Of a stretch of DNA of 64,000 bases, positions 12,315 to 22,760 are shown piece by piece. The notes below the pieces were generated by a model. The model saw nothing but the letters and a program-made list of their open reading frames with translations, ran no database searches and was not told the DNA's origin. Within the stretch, counting starts at the first letter, position 1. Every line of letters begins with the position of its first letter. The stretch is from Babesia bigemina. Taxonomy: Eukaryota. The position numbers and the translations under genes were made by a program. The stretch spans positions 186,001-250,000 of the forward strand of contig NC_027218.1 in NCBI RefSeq assembly GCF_000981445.1. The letters run 5' to 3'.

Positions 12315-15300
12315 ATGGCGCCGAAGAAGCTCACCGACTGCCCGGAAAATCTCCGGGAGGCCATCGACTGGTTGATCCAGGTTAGGCATGGGAATGACAA
12401 TGGGCTTGATCATTTGTCCAAAGCTGTGAAAAAGTTGATTGATGAGGCTATTGAGAAGGCGTATACCACTAATGTAAGTGCGCTTCTTAAGGCTCTTGAT
12501 TCCGCCAAGTCGTACAAATGTTGTAAGGATAAAGTGGCTCAAATTGAGAAGCTTAAGGAACTTAAAAGTTTTGAAAACGGCCCTTTTAATGACCTTAAAA
12601 CTAGGTGTGAGATCATAAAAAATTGCACTAAAAGGCACTTAGATTCTTCTCAACAGAAAGCCTACGAGGAGATTCAGTCCAAGTTGGAGCAGCTTAAAAG
12701 TCTTAAAGAGAGTCTTACTGGATTGACTGATGAAGAAGAATGCAAAAAACTCTTAACCAACCTTTGTGATGGCGTTGAGACTTTTCTTGGTTTTGATTCT
12801 AATTCCAAAGGCTACACTGGTCAGGGAATTGTCTACTCTGACTTGGATAGACTGTGTGATGCAGCGATGGCGTTCTTGCACGGGGTGTTGGGGAGTGTGA
12901 AAGATGATAATGCGGTGACAACTTATGATAATTACATCCTTGATGAATCTAAAAGGCTAAATAAAGTACTGGAAAAATTACAATCTCAAATTGGAAAAGG
13001 CAGTGCTGGGCTAGTGGAGTCTGTCACGCAGGTGACGGAGTGGTTGGAAGGGTATGAGAGGGAGGTGAAATTGAAGTCCGATAAAGAGAAAGATCTAATC
13101 ATAAATCTAGAAAACCAGGTCGAAGAACATAAGAAGTTCATTGAACAAGAAAAGGACAAAGGTCTAACTACTCAGATGGAATATTGGACTAAGCGTGCTG
13201 GATGGTATCTTGAGAAGGTCTCCAAGGCCAATAAGGTTTTGGAAAGTTTTGACAGCAAGCTAAGAGATAAGTTACGACGCCCCATTGACATGCTGCTGCA
13301 GGCTGTGAAAAGGTTTCAGGAAGAGGCTGCTAATGGAGATGTGCAAGAGATCTCCAAACTGACCGATAAGAAGCTATCTACCTTAAAGGAGTATCTCGGC
13401 GATAGATTCAATGCGAGAATTCAGGGAATCAAAACATATTTGAAACGTCATATCGGTGATTTGCACAAACGGCTTATGAAGCTTAATGCAGAATCATTAG
13501 GGTTATTAAAAAATGCTATAAATGATGATCTTCAAGAAGCTTTTAACACGGTTCAGAGATTGATAAGACGAATCATAGGGAAGTATCAAAGTAATATTGT
13601 TGAACAAATCAAAGCTATTTTGAATGAGGCAGAGGCGCTTACAAGTGAGATTCGAATAGAGAAACAGAAACTTAATGAGGCTGTGAGTGGTTTGGAGGAT
13701 CGGATGGGTAAGCTGAAAGGGCTCAAGAACGCAATGATGGTACCGAATAACTTGGATGAATATGATAAAAGTGATGACAAAAACAAGTGGAATTTGCAAA
13801 CATTAATCAAAGCTCTTAAAGAGGAAATTAATAGGAAGTTGGCAAGCGCTATTGAGGATTTGTGGACGGATTTGCAACAAGGTTTGTTGAAGGCGTATGG
13901 TATCAGCGGAGTTGCTAATCCAGAGCTTCCCGGTCTTCAGGCATTGCTAGGTAGTGAACTGAAGAAGTTGCAAAACGTTGGAGTGTGGATTCATGCGGGC
14001 ACGGTTGACAAACACGATATTGGCAATCATCTAGAAGAGGTTTTGATCAATCTGAAGCGTGCCTCCAGTAATTGGGCTAAAATACAACCGGGAAAAGTAG
14101 GCCTAGAAATGCTTACCGCCATCATCAACGACATAGGCAGTAAAACTGTGGAAGGCGGCAAAATACAACTGGGTGCACTCTGTAATGCTGCCGCCATTAG
14201 TGGTGTAACACATCTTCAGGATGAGGTAACTAAGGTGGTTGACGGTCCGCTTACAGATAATAAAACACCGCTTACCCAAATAAAGAATGCGCTAGTGTCG
14301 CTTCAAACAAAGGACGAATTACGGTTAGATACAAGTGCCAATGGAGGTCATTCGGAGGTTCACAAGAAATCTAAAGACATTCACGATAAGATTCAAAACT
14401 TTTTGACATACAACGTTGGCGAAAGCGACGTTGTAGAAGGCAGTGTCTACAAGGATCTGAAGGAACTGCAGGAAAGTATCGATGCGCTTGGAGTTAAGGT
14501 AATAAACGTTGGAGAGAAGGTTTCAGTAGTTTCTAATGAGTTGACCTCGTGCATTAAAGATTCTAATCAGCTTCTGCGGGTCGTCCCCAAAGCAACTGAA
14601 ATTCTCATAAATAAACTTCGTGATGAACTTAACGAAAATATAAGTGAATCCTTCTACGAACTCCGACAACAAGCCGAAGACCTCTACACCAGAAGAAAGC
14701 AAAAAGAGGTTGCCGCCCTGAAAAAATCTGTGAAGGACCAATTCACTGAGATTGATAAAATTATGGAGGCTGACAGTATTTTATCAGTTAAAGGATTTCT
14801 TAAAATACTTAAGCAAACTATTGTCAGTGAGGTTTTAAATATAAAATGTTCCACACGATCCACACTCGATGAGGGGGCTAAAATTCTAAATATAGGGTTC
14901 GCGTCCTTCTTTAAAGAATTGCAGAGACAAGGAGATCTATTAATTCTTAACAGCCGTATATTTATGCCACTTTCTGACAAACTGGAGACGTTGCTTAATA
15001 CTCTTACCTACTATAATCATTCGTTTAGAATAAATTTAGATAATGTAAGAACAGACCTTACAACAATCAATTTTTCCTTATATTACAGCAGTGCTAAGAC
15101 CATATCGACAGTTATCAAACGAGGCCTCTCCGAATTCGCCGAGCAACTCGGCCACGCGTACGTGAGCAGGTACTCGGGTAAACAATTCAACGGGGCTTTG
15201 TTGAAGGACAAAGATGTCAAATCCGGTGAAAAACAAACGACACCACCTGAAAAGGAATTAACCCCTGAGGGCCGCAACTGCGCCAAGGTCTGCCTGACGA

Positions 15301-17375
15301 TAGTAAAGATGGTGTATTGTGACCTTGGGAGGTTAACACGAAAGTGCAAAAAAGATTGGAAGATATTCCAAATCCATAGAGGTGCACAAAAAGTTAAATC
15401 GGAAATCCCAAATCCTTTGGGTCACTTCCTTGAGAGGTGCGGTTACAGGGTGTCGGATTCTGCTGCAAGTCAAAATGGACATTTGAGAAATCAGAAAGAT
15501 TTCACAGGTCAGAAAGTGTATGATTGCTTAGCAAGTAACGATTATGAACATGTTTATAACACCGATGAAGACTTTGAATATCCACTGCAAAAACTCTACC
15601 ACTGCCTCCAGAACTACTACGTCGTCGGCCACTATGCCTCCTCATTCGCCAAAAAGCAACCATGTTCCGTGTTCGAAATGCTTTGCTGGATGTGCGGATT
15701 ACAGTATAATTCTGTTCAATCGGATCTACTACACAGCATTAGCGAGATGCTAGAGGAGCCAGCTACGCCAGTAGGTGGCGACGGTGACCTTGTCACCTTT
15801 GACTTGCAATCCTTCTACATTAACACGTATCCTAATAAAGCAACGTGTAAGCAGTTAGACGAGGTCATTAATCACATTATGTCAAAATCTGCCTCCATCC
15901 TCACCACCGTGCTTGGCTACGGCGACGAGCACACCACGTACGCCTGTGACTTCTATGACAACTCATTGAAATTGTACTACCCCAAGAGTGGTGAGGAGTG
16001 CTTAGATATGTTGCTGGACATTTTGCGCCGGATGTTCGCGCCGCTCAGATTTCTGTTTATGCAGTGCCGACTTGACCAATCGCATTACGGCTGGGCCGAC
16101 TGCTACTACGGAAAACAAGTCTATCCGTTGAATTGGCAGTGCAAGGACCACGAGGCTGAGGAGGCCAATTGCCGTCTCAGGTCAGCGCTACAGTCGTATC
16201 TATCCGACTGTCTTGTCGGGTGTATGCCTCACCAGCTCAGTGCCATCGGCTGCAAAGCGACATGTATCACGTGCCCCAAGGGACAACCTGGGATGGCATG
16301 TCTAACGCCACTCGGTTTCAGAGGGTTTTCGGGATCCAATCGCAAGGGTGAGGACATAAGCAACGTGCTGGGCAACTTGTTCAGTAACCCATTGGTTGCA
16401 TCGCTGTTTGCACTTGCACCCAAAGCGCCGAGTACGTTGCCGGAACACTACCAGTTTGCGTTATCGCTTGTTAATGACTGGCGGAACCCTCGTAGTCATC
16501 CAATTGAAGACGGCATTACCGCTGCCATCGACGACCGTTCCATTAGCCTCTACGATAACCCCAGCCAGCTGACCAACGCGCTGCGTCATGCCTATGGCAG
16601 CAGCCAGGCTAGTCACGATGTAGATAAGCATCCAAAGCCAATTGGTGCAGGACAAACTGAAGATAAGAAATACGGTGACCTCTGTAGTCTCGCAATGTCT
16701 ATCGCATGTTCCGACCAAAATTCCCAGTGTGCCCCGTACCTGTATGCCTTATTCGCCGATCAATACACTTACCTTGCCAGCAAGCAATGTAAAACGTACT
16801 TGTCGTGGGCAGTTTATCTGCCATGGACGCTGTGGAATTATCTCAATTCCTTGTACAATTCGTTCAAGGACATCTACTGCCAAGATTGGGGATGTCGTTC
16901 CTGTCTGCGTGCCGACAGGTGTAGGCGTGGTCAACATGGTCTCGTTAACGATAAGACAAAAGCGCCGAATTGCCACTGCTCCAGTATCGTAGAGTGCAAG
17001 GGTGCCATGCCTACGTTGTATAAGTACGGTTTTACGTTTGGTGCGCCAGCAGCGTTGAATGGGCAAAGCGGCAAGAAGACGTGTAGCAATTTCATGGAGC
17101 AGTTGAACAACGTGCTACAGTCCACGTATTTCCAGACGTTGTTCCGAGAGTGCGACAATTTCTTGTGGAAAATAAGAGAGCCATTCACATGGACAGTTGT
17201 CGCCCTCTGGCTCCTCTCTTTGTTGTACCTCCTCCACATCATGGTTATCCGCCTAGACCTGCTCCACATCAAATCGCATCTACATAGTCCCTCGAGTCAT
17301 AGGATAGCCGCTCAGTCACTCCTCGCCGCCGCACGTGTCGGCAGGCTTGCCAAGATATCGTACCTGCAAGCCTAA
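12315..17375 (+). CDS. ves1: Variant erythrocyte surface antigen (VESA1/ves1-like), 1686 aa with long coiled-coil region and C-terminal TM
   Basis: MAPKKLTDCPENLREAIDWL, GYTGQGIVYSDLDRLCD, Cys-rich C-terminal domain, TM then RLDLLHIKSHLHSPSSHRI tail typical of Babesia ves proteins. Confidence 0.9.
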   Translation: MAPKKLTDCPENLREAIDWLIQVRHGNDNGLDHLSKAVKKLIDEAIEKAYTTNVSALLKALDSAKSYKCCKDKVAQIEKLKELKSFENGPFNDLKTRCEIIKNCTKRHLDSSQQKAYEEIQSKLEQLKSLKESLTGLTDEEECKKLLTNLCDGVETFLGFDSNSKGYTGQGIVYSDLDRLCDAAMAFLHGVLGSVKDDNAVTTYDNYILDESKRLNKVLEKLQSQIGKGSAGLVESVTQVTEWLEGYEREVKLKSDKEKDLIINLENQVEEHKKFIEQEKDKGLTTQMEYWTKRAGWYLEKVSKANKVLESFDSKLRDKLRRPIDMLLQAVKRFQEEAANGDVQEISKLTDKKLSTLKEYLGDRFNARIQGIKTYLKRHIGDLHKRLMKLNAESLGLLKNAINDDLQEAFNTVQRLIRRIIGKYQSNIVEQIKAILNEAEALTSEIRIEKQKLNEAVSGLEDRMGKLKGLKNAMMVPNNLDEYDKSDDKNKWNLQTLIKALKEEINRKLASAIEDLWTDLQQGLLKAYGISGVANPELPGLQALLGSELKKLQNVGVWIHAGTVDKHDIGNHLEEVLINLKRASSNWAKIQPGKVGLEMLTAIINDIGSKTVEGGKIQLGALCNAAAISGVTHLQDEVTKVVDGPLTDNKTPLTQIKNALVSLQTKDELRLDTSANGGHSEVHKKSKDIHDKIQNFLTYNVGESDVVEGSVYKDLKELQESIDALGVKVINVGEKVSVVSNELTSCIKDSNQLLRVVPKATEILINKLRDELNENISESFYELRQQAEDLYTRRKQKEVAALKKSVKDQFTEIDKIMEADSILSVKGFLKILKQTIVSEVLNIKCSTRSTLDEGAKILNIGFASFFKELQRQGDLLILNSRIFMPLSDKLETLLNTLTYYNHSFRINLDNVRTDLTTINFSLYYSSAKTISTVIKRGLSEFAEQLGHAYVSRYSGKQFNGALLKDKDVKSGEKQTTPPEKELTPEGRNCAKVCLTIVKMVYCDLGRLTRKCKKDWKIFQIHRGAQKVKSEIPNPLGHFLERCGYRVSDSAASQNGHLRNQKDFTGQKVYDCLASNDYEHVYNTDEDFEYPLQKLYHCLQNYYVVGHYASSFAKKQPCSVFEMLCWMCGLQYNSVQSDLLHSISEMLEEPATPVGGDGDLVTFDLQSFYINTYPNKATCKQLDEVINHIMSKSASILTTVLGYGDEHTTYACDFYDNSLKLYYPKSGEECLDMLLDILRRMFAPLRFLFMQCRLDQSHYGWADCYYGKQVYPLNWQCKDHEAEEANCRLRSALQSYLSDCLVGCMPHQLSAIGCKATCITCPKGQPGMACLTPLGFRGFSGSNRKGEDISNVLGNLFSNPLVASLFALAPKAPSTLPEHYQFALSLVNDWRNPRSHPIEDGITAAIDDRSISLYDNPSQLTNALRHAYGSSQASHDVDKHPKPIGAGQTEDKKYGDLCSLAMSIACSDQNSQCAPYLYALFADQYTYLASKQCKTYLSWAVYLPWTLWNYLNSLYNSFKDIYCQDWGCRSCLRADRCRRGQHGLVNDKTKAPNCHCSSIVECKGAMPTLYKYGFTFGAPAALNGQSGKKTCSNFMEQLNNVLQSTYFQTLFRECDNFLWKIREPFTWTVVALWLLSLLYLLHIMVIRLDLLHIKSHLHSPSSHRIAAQSLLAAARVGRLAKISYLQA

Positions 17376-18582
17376 TCGCATCCGCGTGTGATTTTCACAG
17401 ATGCCTTATACCGCAACCTGCTCACTAGTAATCACGTTAATGTTACACTTAACTACAAATATGCCACTGGCCAGTTCACTCAGCCACCTAACCAAAAACC
17501 CACCGCCTAACCTAATGTCTAGCGTAATACCTAATCAGCGGTTTGGTAATGAGATTAGTTGGTGCATTACAGTGTTTGTCACTCCATTTGTCTGCGTTAC
17601 TTGTGAGACTCGGCTGCGTCATCCTATTGTGACTGGATTGTGAATTTGCGTGAGCGGCCATCCATGTAGCCAGTTAATGACCGCCTCCAGCCGAGGCTGT
17701 GAGTACGACATTAAGTAGATGGCTATAATGTTTGTGACGATGTGGAGTGTGTTGGTATCGTAGAAAGCTCTATCATAGGTGACATGGCATTTTTCGACGT
17801 CACGTCCTAGGGATGACATATCTGCCCAGCATCACAGGCGGCCTCGTGGCAATGAATTACAACGTAATGCCATTATGTATATCACCTGAACAGTTTATGT
17901 CGCACCTTAATCATGGCCGATGGTGGCACGTGGTTGGGTGATGTGGCTTACGGTGGGTGGAGTTGCGGCCGGGCAACCCTAATACTAGTTGACCGAATAC
18001 AATCCGACTAAAATAAAATTTTAATTCTTCGTCAAAAAGCGTTTCTTCTGTGGTGCCAGGCGCGCGGATGTCGTGTCACTGCCGGTACGTTTTTTGTCGG
18101 CCAACCGAATGCTGACTGAACACCGAGGGGAGGGTGCTTGACGGGGTCGGGATACCAGGTTAGGGGACTTACCCTCGCTTCCACCGTCAATACTAATATG
18201 TTATCAGCCTTCGTACGTTATACGTACTGTAAAGCTGATTGGACTCTGATTGTTCTGGATTCCTGGGTTGGCTGCCTGCCTCACTCCGGGTAGGTGGGAT
18301 GTTCGTCTGCTTTCACCGTTCGTCCATGTGTTTCGAAGAGTTGAGTAGACAAATAAATGTCTTCGTTTACGGCGTTTATAGTGGTTGGTTTAAGTTTGAC
18401 GATGCTGATTGCAGCATTTTTGCTCATCCCACTTTGCCGTCTGGCTATACTGTCAATGAGTGGGCGTAGTGAGTGGTCAGGGTAGGGGTTTGATAAGTTT
18501 AGTTGCTTACTGTTCACATGACATAAGAGTCGGCTCTGTTGTTTGTTGAGAGTGGATTGGTGAGTCATAGAGAGTGGAAAGG

Positions 18583-21500
18583 ATGGCGACTGCGAATAAG
18601 GTTCCCCTCAAGACACTCAAGGATTGTTTCCAGTTCCTGGAGTGGTTGAAAAGTAACGGGGATATGCAAACGCAGGTGGCCAGTGAACTGGAAACGCGTC
18701 TTCGTGACAAATATAATGGTGTTAATGGAAAGCAAATTGAGAACTCACTGTCCCAATTCCTTCAACTAGTGTCAAAGTTTTATAAGAAATTGGTCACTGA
18801 CGAAGTTCTGCAAAAAGCACAATCGACAACGAACAAAAAATACAATAGATCAGTAACACTAGTGGTGTTCAAAGCCCTCCTCGAATGCATTCCAAAAGTT
18901 CTAAGTGCGTGTTACTTTCTGCAATATCATGTGGATGGGAATTTCAAAACACTGGGTGGCGGGGAGTGGGCGGGTGATATGGTTGGAAGGATTGCACAGT
19001 CGGGGTCAGGTCTCGGTAAGATTTATTCTTATCTCTTGATAAAATCCAGCAATTCATATCGTGTCATCCCTGGAGGCTTCGTGCAAGGCGAATTGAATGA
19101 AGGTGATCAGAATGGAGGTAATCAAAATGGAGGTGATCAGAATGGCTACAAACACGGTAACGTTATGGCCGATGACCTCGGAAAGATTTTGGAGCAACGG
19201 AAAGACAATCTTTTCCTTGACGTGTTCGTCACATCGGTGTCTTCCACTGCCGGCACACAGGCTTCTAACACAGCTAACGTTCTAGCATTGCTCAAACACT
19301 TTTGCGAGATTGTTCAAAATGATCTAGATGATAAACTTAAAAAATACTTGGGATCTCACAATGTTTGCGTTAATTGGGACAAATTAACACCACATTGCGC
19401 CGATCTTAAAACCCAGTTAGATAAGTTGTTCGCCAATGACCGCTTTTCCCAGACCGGCCAGCTGCCGACACTTTACAAGCTTAACAAGGAAGAGTTTGTT
19501 AAGAAGATGGCTAGATGGTTGAAAGATAATTTGGATAAAGTGCGGGGGAAATTGCACAATATTAATAAATACAGCCATATGCTAGACAGTATTAATACCG
19601 ATAAGGTAGGAGATTATTTGAACAAACATTTCTTTCCCTACGGATTCACATTTGATGCCAAGGATTTTGGAAAAGACAATTTGTGTCAAGTTCTAAAAGA
19701 TGATTGGAAAGGCGTGATAGAGATGCTTGATGGGCATGATACTGGACTGGCTAAGCTTGTGGATATTTTGAAGGATATGAAGTGTACACAGAACCAAGAC
19801 CAGACGGCAGACCTCGAGGATGATGATGAGGAGGAAGATTATGAGGAGGTAGTGCTGGAAGATGAGGATGAAAGTGTGATATCTTCAAATCAAAATGATG
19901 GTCAAAGTGGACAAAATCCAGAGAGCTCACAAGAAGTAATTGGCTCTGAAACTCCTCCTGAGGATGGTAAAGGTCAAGGCCCCACTGGTTCTCCGGGTGA
20001 CGCAGGTAAGAGTTTGCAGGTCGGTGGTCCTCCAGCTCAACAGCCAGTTCCACCACCAGCTGCACCTACTTCCTCAACAATTACTCCAAGGCCAGGCTCC
20101 TCGTCATCTGGCGGTCTTGCTCCCGGTAGTGGTCAACAAACCCCCATGGTTGAATTGGGAGTTAGTATTCCTTCATGGCAAAATAGTGAAAATGCTCACA
20201 AGCTAAGTGACTATGCCTTAAGCGATGATGATTTTGAGAGGTTACTATATCCCAACGGTGTTAACCTTGGTAAAGGTCCTCTGATCGATCCGAAGACATT
20301 TGGTAAAGCACATCCACAATCTGGAATTGTTTCGTATAATGAAAAGCCCGAAGAAACGTCTGAGAAACTATCGAAATCATTAGGGCTCCACAATACCTAT
20401 GAACCATTAAAACCTCTCGATTTTACTTTTACACCGTACTATGAAATTGCTGGAGATCCCTACAGTCCCCAATGCCGTAACCCATGGTATATCCATAATC
20501 TCTCAACAGACCCGGCCTCGGCAACCCTCTCGCATATCCCAGACTCCGATCATCTCCCACCGCCCAAAACCGTCCGGGAGATGCTCTACTGGCTAGTCGG
20601 CTTGAATCAACATGGCTATATCAGATGGGTTACTGAATGTATTAAAAGCCTTATAGAAGAATATAATACAGATGCACCCCAGTCGCCATATGCCATCGAC
20701 ATCGCTGGAGATCTCACGAAGCTGGACGCTTCCATGGTCACCCGGACACTTACCGAGGCGTCCCTCTACGCAGCAAACGTTCTTTACACGGTCAAATATC
20801 GTGATTATTATACGGTTTATAACGATTTCAAATTTGAGTCAGAGTACAGCAAATTTCGTTATTCCTCCGACCCCATTAGTCTCCTCTGCCAGCTACGTGA
20901 CTACGCCTATGCCGGCCACTACCAGTTGCAGTTCCTGAAGACGCAGTGCGCTCGCGATAAATTGAGCGGTGGTTGGATGGGTTGTCACTTTGGACAGGAT
21001 GTTGCTGCTGACTCCCCCCTTCAGGCCTTTCTTACCGACGCCTACGACTCCATGTTCAAGACGCATCTCTTCGATCCATGCAACATCTGCCTAAAAAGCC
21101 GTGTCAAAATGGGATTCAAACACAAGGATTTGCCTAAACCTTCCCAAACTGGTAACACGCTTTTCACTGTCCTCTCACCGTCGTGCGGCGATGATGACCC
21201 CCTGCTGACACTGTCCTCGTACCTCAACTGCCTCACCAGGCGGACTCCGAGGACGACAGGGGAGCTGGTCTCGTTCTTTCACAATTTTGGTGTCGAGTTG
21301 CACGATGATTATCAGAAGGCACTTTCTTCACTGGGCTCATCCCTCTCCACTCCGCATCCCAACTGCCCCGAATGGGACTGTCTTCGTGGCACCGACCTTC
21401 AAGCCGTCCGGGGTATCAGGGGTACAGACGCTTTCAACACCATCCATGACAATGCACATCCCAACTCCCTGTCCACGCTATTTGGCTGCGACATCACCAA

Positions 21501-22089
21501 TGTGCAGTGCACAAAACTTCTGTCGCCCATCACCTATCGGGCGTACTCCCTGTACTCTCCGACTTTCGCCCACACCTACCTCATCTGGGCGGTTTACCTG
21601 CCGGACAGACTGTGGGAGTCACTCAAGAAACTACGTTATGATTTAGAAGGGCATGGTAACACCAAGTGCGCATCACTCCACTCATGCCCCTATGCTATGC
21701 CCCTCCTCTACCTACACGGGTTCACGCCACCGGAGGGCACACCGCAGACATCACTCACCTGTTCGGAGCTCATCACCAAGCTGGGGGAAGTGGTCAACGG
21801 CGGGCCTATGGCAAAGCTCATGACCTGCATGGATCAGTTCCTCTACAGAGTAAGGAAGCCATTCATCTACACGCTAATCGCACTATGGTCGGCCGCAGCA
21901 CTCCTCCTCTCATACACGATACTGTACCGCCTGGACGTCTTGTACCTGTGCTCTCATGCCATCAGGTCTAAGGCTTCACACCTCATCGACGTCAAGGCGC
22001 TGCTCACTAATAGCAGGAAGATGCTCTCACTCTACGACGCCGACTACTTCGATGATGATCCCAATGATCTAGTCGACCAACTTGAATAA
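18583..22089 (+). CDS. ves1: Second ves1-like variant surface antigen of a different subfamily (ves1b-like)
   Basis: LKTLKDCFQFLEWL N-terminus, FFPYGFTF, acidic and Pro/Gly/Ser linker, PKTVREMLYWL, RRTPRTTGEL, TM then RLDVL..SH..SH tail. The ATG at 18583 lies within ORF 18574-22089. Confidence 0.88.
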   Translation: MATANKVPLKTLKDCFQFLEWLKSNGDMQTQVASELETRLRDKYNGVNGKQIENSLSQFLQLVSKFYKKLVTDEVLQKAQSTTNKKYNRSVTLVVFKALLECIPKVLSACYFLQYHVDGNFKTLGGGEWAGDMVGRIAQSGSGLGKIYSYLLIKSSNSYRVIPGGFVQGELNEGDQNGGNQNGGDQNGYKHGNVMADDLGKILEQRKDNLFLDVFVTSVSSTAGTQASNTANVLALLKHFCEIVQNDLDDKLKKYLGSHNVCVNWDKLTPHCADLKTQLDKLFANDRFSQTGQLPTLYKLNKEEFVKKMARWLKDNLDKVRGKLHNINKYSHMLDSINTDKVGDYLNKHFFPYGFTFDAKDFGKDNLCQVLKDDWKGVIEMLDGHDTGLAKLVDILKDMKCTQNQDQTADLEDDDEEEDYEEVVLEDEDESVISSNQNDGQSGQNPESSQEVIGSETPPEDGKGQGPTGSPGDAGKSLQVGGPPAQQPVPPPAAPTSSTITPRPGSSSSGGLAPGSGQQTPMVELGVSIPSWQNSENAHKLSDYALSDDDFERLLYPNGVNLGKGPLIDPKTFGKAHPQSGIVSYNEKPEETSEKLSKSLGLHNTYEPLKPLDFTFTPYYEIAGDPYSPQCRNPWYIHNLSTDPASATLSHIPDSDHLPPPKTVREMLYWLVGLNQHGYIRWVTECIKSLIEEYNTDAPQSPYAIDIAGDLTKLDASMVTRTLTEASLYAANVLYTVKYRDYYTVYNDFKFESEYSKFRYSSDPISLLCQLRDYAYAGHYQLQFLKTQCARDKLSGGWMGCHFGQDVAADSPLQAFLTDAYDSMFKTHLFDPCNICLKSRVKMGFKHKDLPKPSQTGNTLFTVLSPSCGDDDPLLTLSSYLNCLTRRTPRTTGELVSFFHNFGVELHDDYQKALSSLGSSLSTPHPNCPEWDCLRGTDLQAVRGIRGTDAFNTIHDNAHPNSLSTLFGCDITNVQCTKLLSPITYRAYSLYSPTFAHTYLIWAVYLPDRLWESLKKLRYDLEGHGNTKCASLHSCPYAMPLLYLHGFTPPEGTPQTSLTCSELITKLGEVVNGGPMAKLMTCMDQFLYRVRKPFIYTLIALWSAAALLLSYTILYRLDVLYLCSHAIRSKASHLIDVKALLTNSRKMLSLYDADYFDDDPNDLVDQLE
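19102..19146 (+). repeat. Three imperfect 15-nt coding repeats (GDQNG GNQNG GDQNG)
   Basis: ggtgatcagaatgga ggtaatcaaaatgga ggtgatcagaatggc. Confidence 0.8.
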
Positions 22090-22394
22090 CTACTAATATC
22101 TCGCGTATAACAATGCTTCGCAACGCATAATATTAGTTCACCATTCTCATGGTCTTAGTTGCGTCGAGCGATGCCGGCCAGTCGGGTTGTGATACGGCAT
22201 ACGGAAAAGTAATTGCACAATGTAATCAAATAAAGCGTCAATAGTGTCGCATGTCGGGGTGTTCATAACGTGCATGATGTGCCTTGATGTAGTATTTTGC
22301 AATTCATACGCCACGATTCACACCCCAGTTGGCGACCAACATGGTGCCAGACAGGATATCAGAGGCGCGACCAGAGAGCCAGGCAAACTTCAAG

Positions 22395-22760
22395 GTGGGA
22401 GGGTGCAAAGGAGTGGTGCGAGGGGCATTAAGGTGCGTGATAGGAAGGCGAAAGAGAATAAGCAGAAGGGAAAGGGGACGTGTATGAAGGAGAGGGGAGT
22501 GAGCTGGGAGGCTGTGAAGAGAATAAAGTGAAGGGGTGGAGTGAGTTGGGGGAGGCGAGGAGGCGGGAAATGGTCTTTAGAGAATGCTATGGCAGTGTAA
22601 AAAGGTGAGGGGATAAGGAGCGAAATTGTCGAGGGATTGGAAGAGTCGGCAACGTGGCGATGTGGAAGGAGATAGGGAGCCACGTTAAGTGAGACTGAGA
22701 CAGACGGGAGAGGTTGAAGGGGATAGAAGGCGATGTGATGGTGAAATGGAATGATAATGT
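22395..22760 (+). other. Purine/G-rich skewed non-coding tract downstream of the ves pair
   Basis: Sequence dominated by G and A, with many GGG/GGGG runs and few C. Confidence 0.75.
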
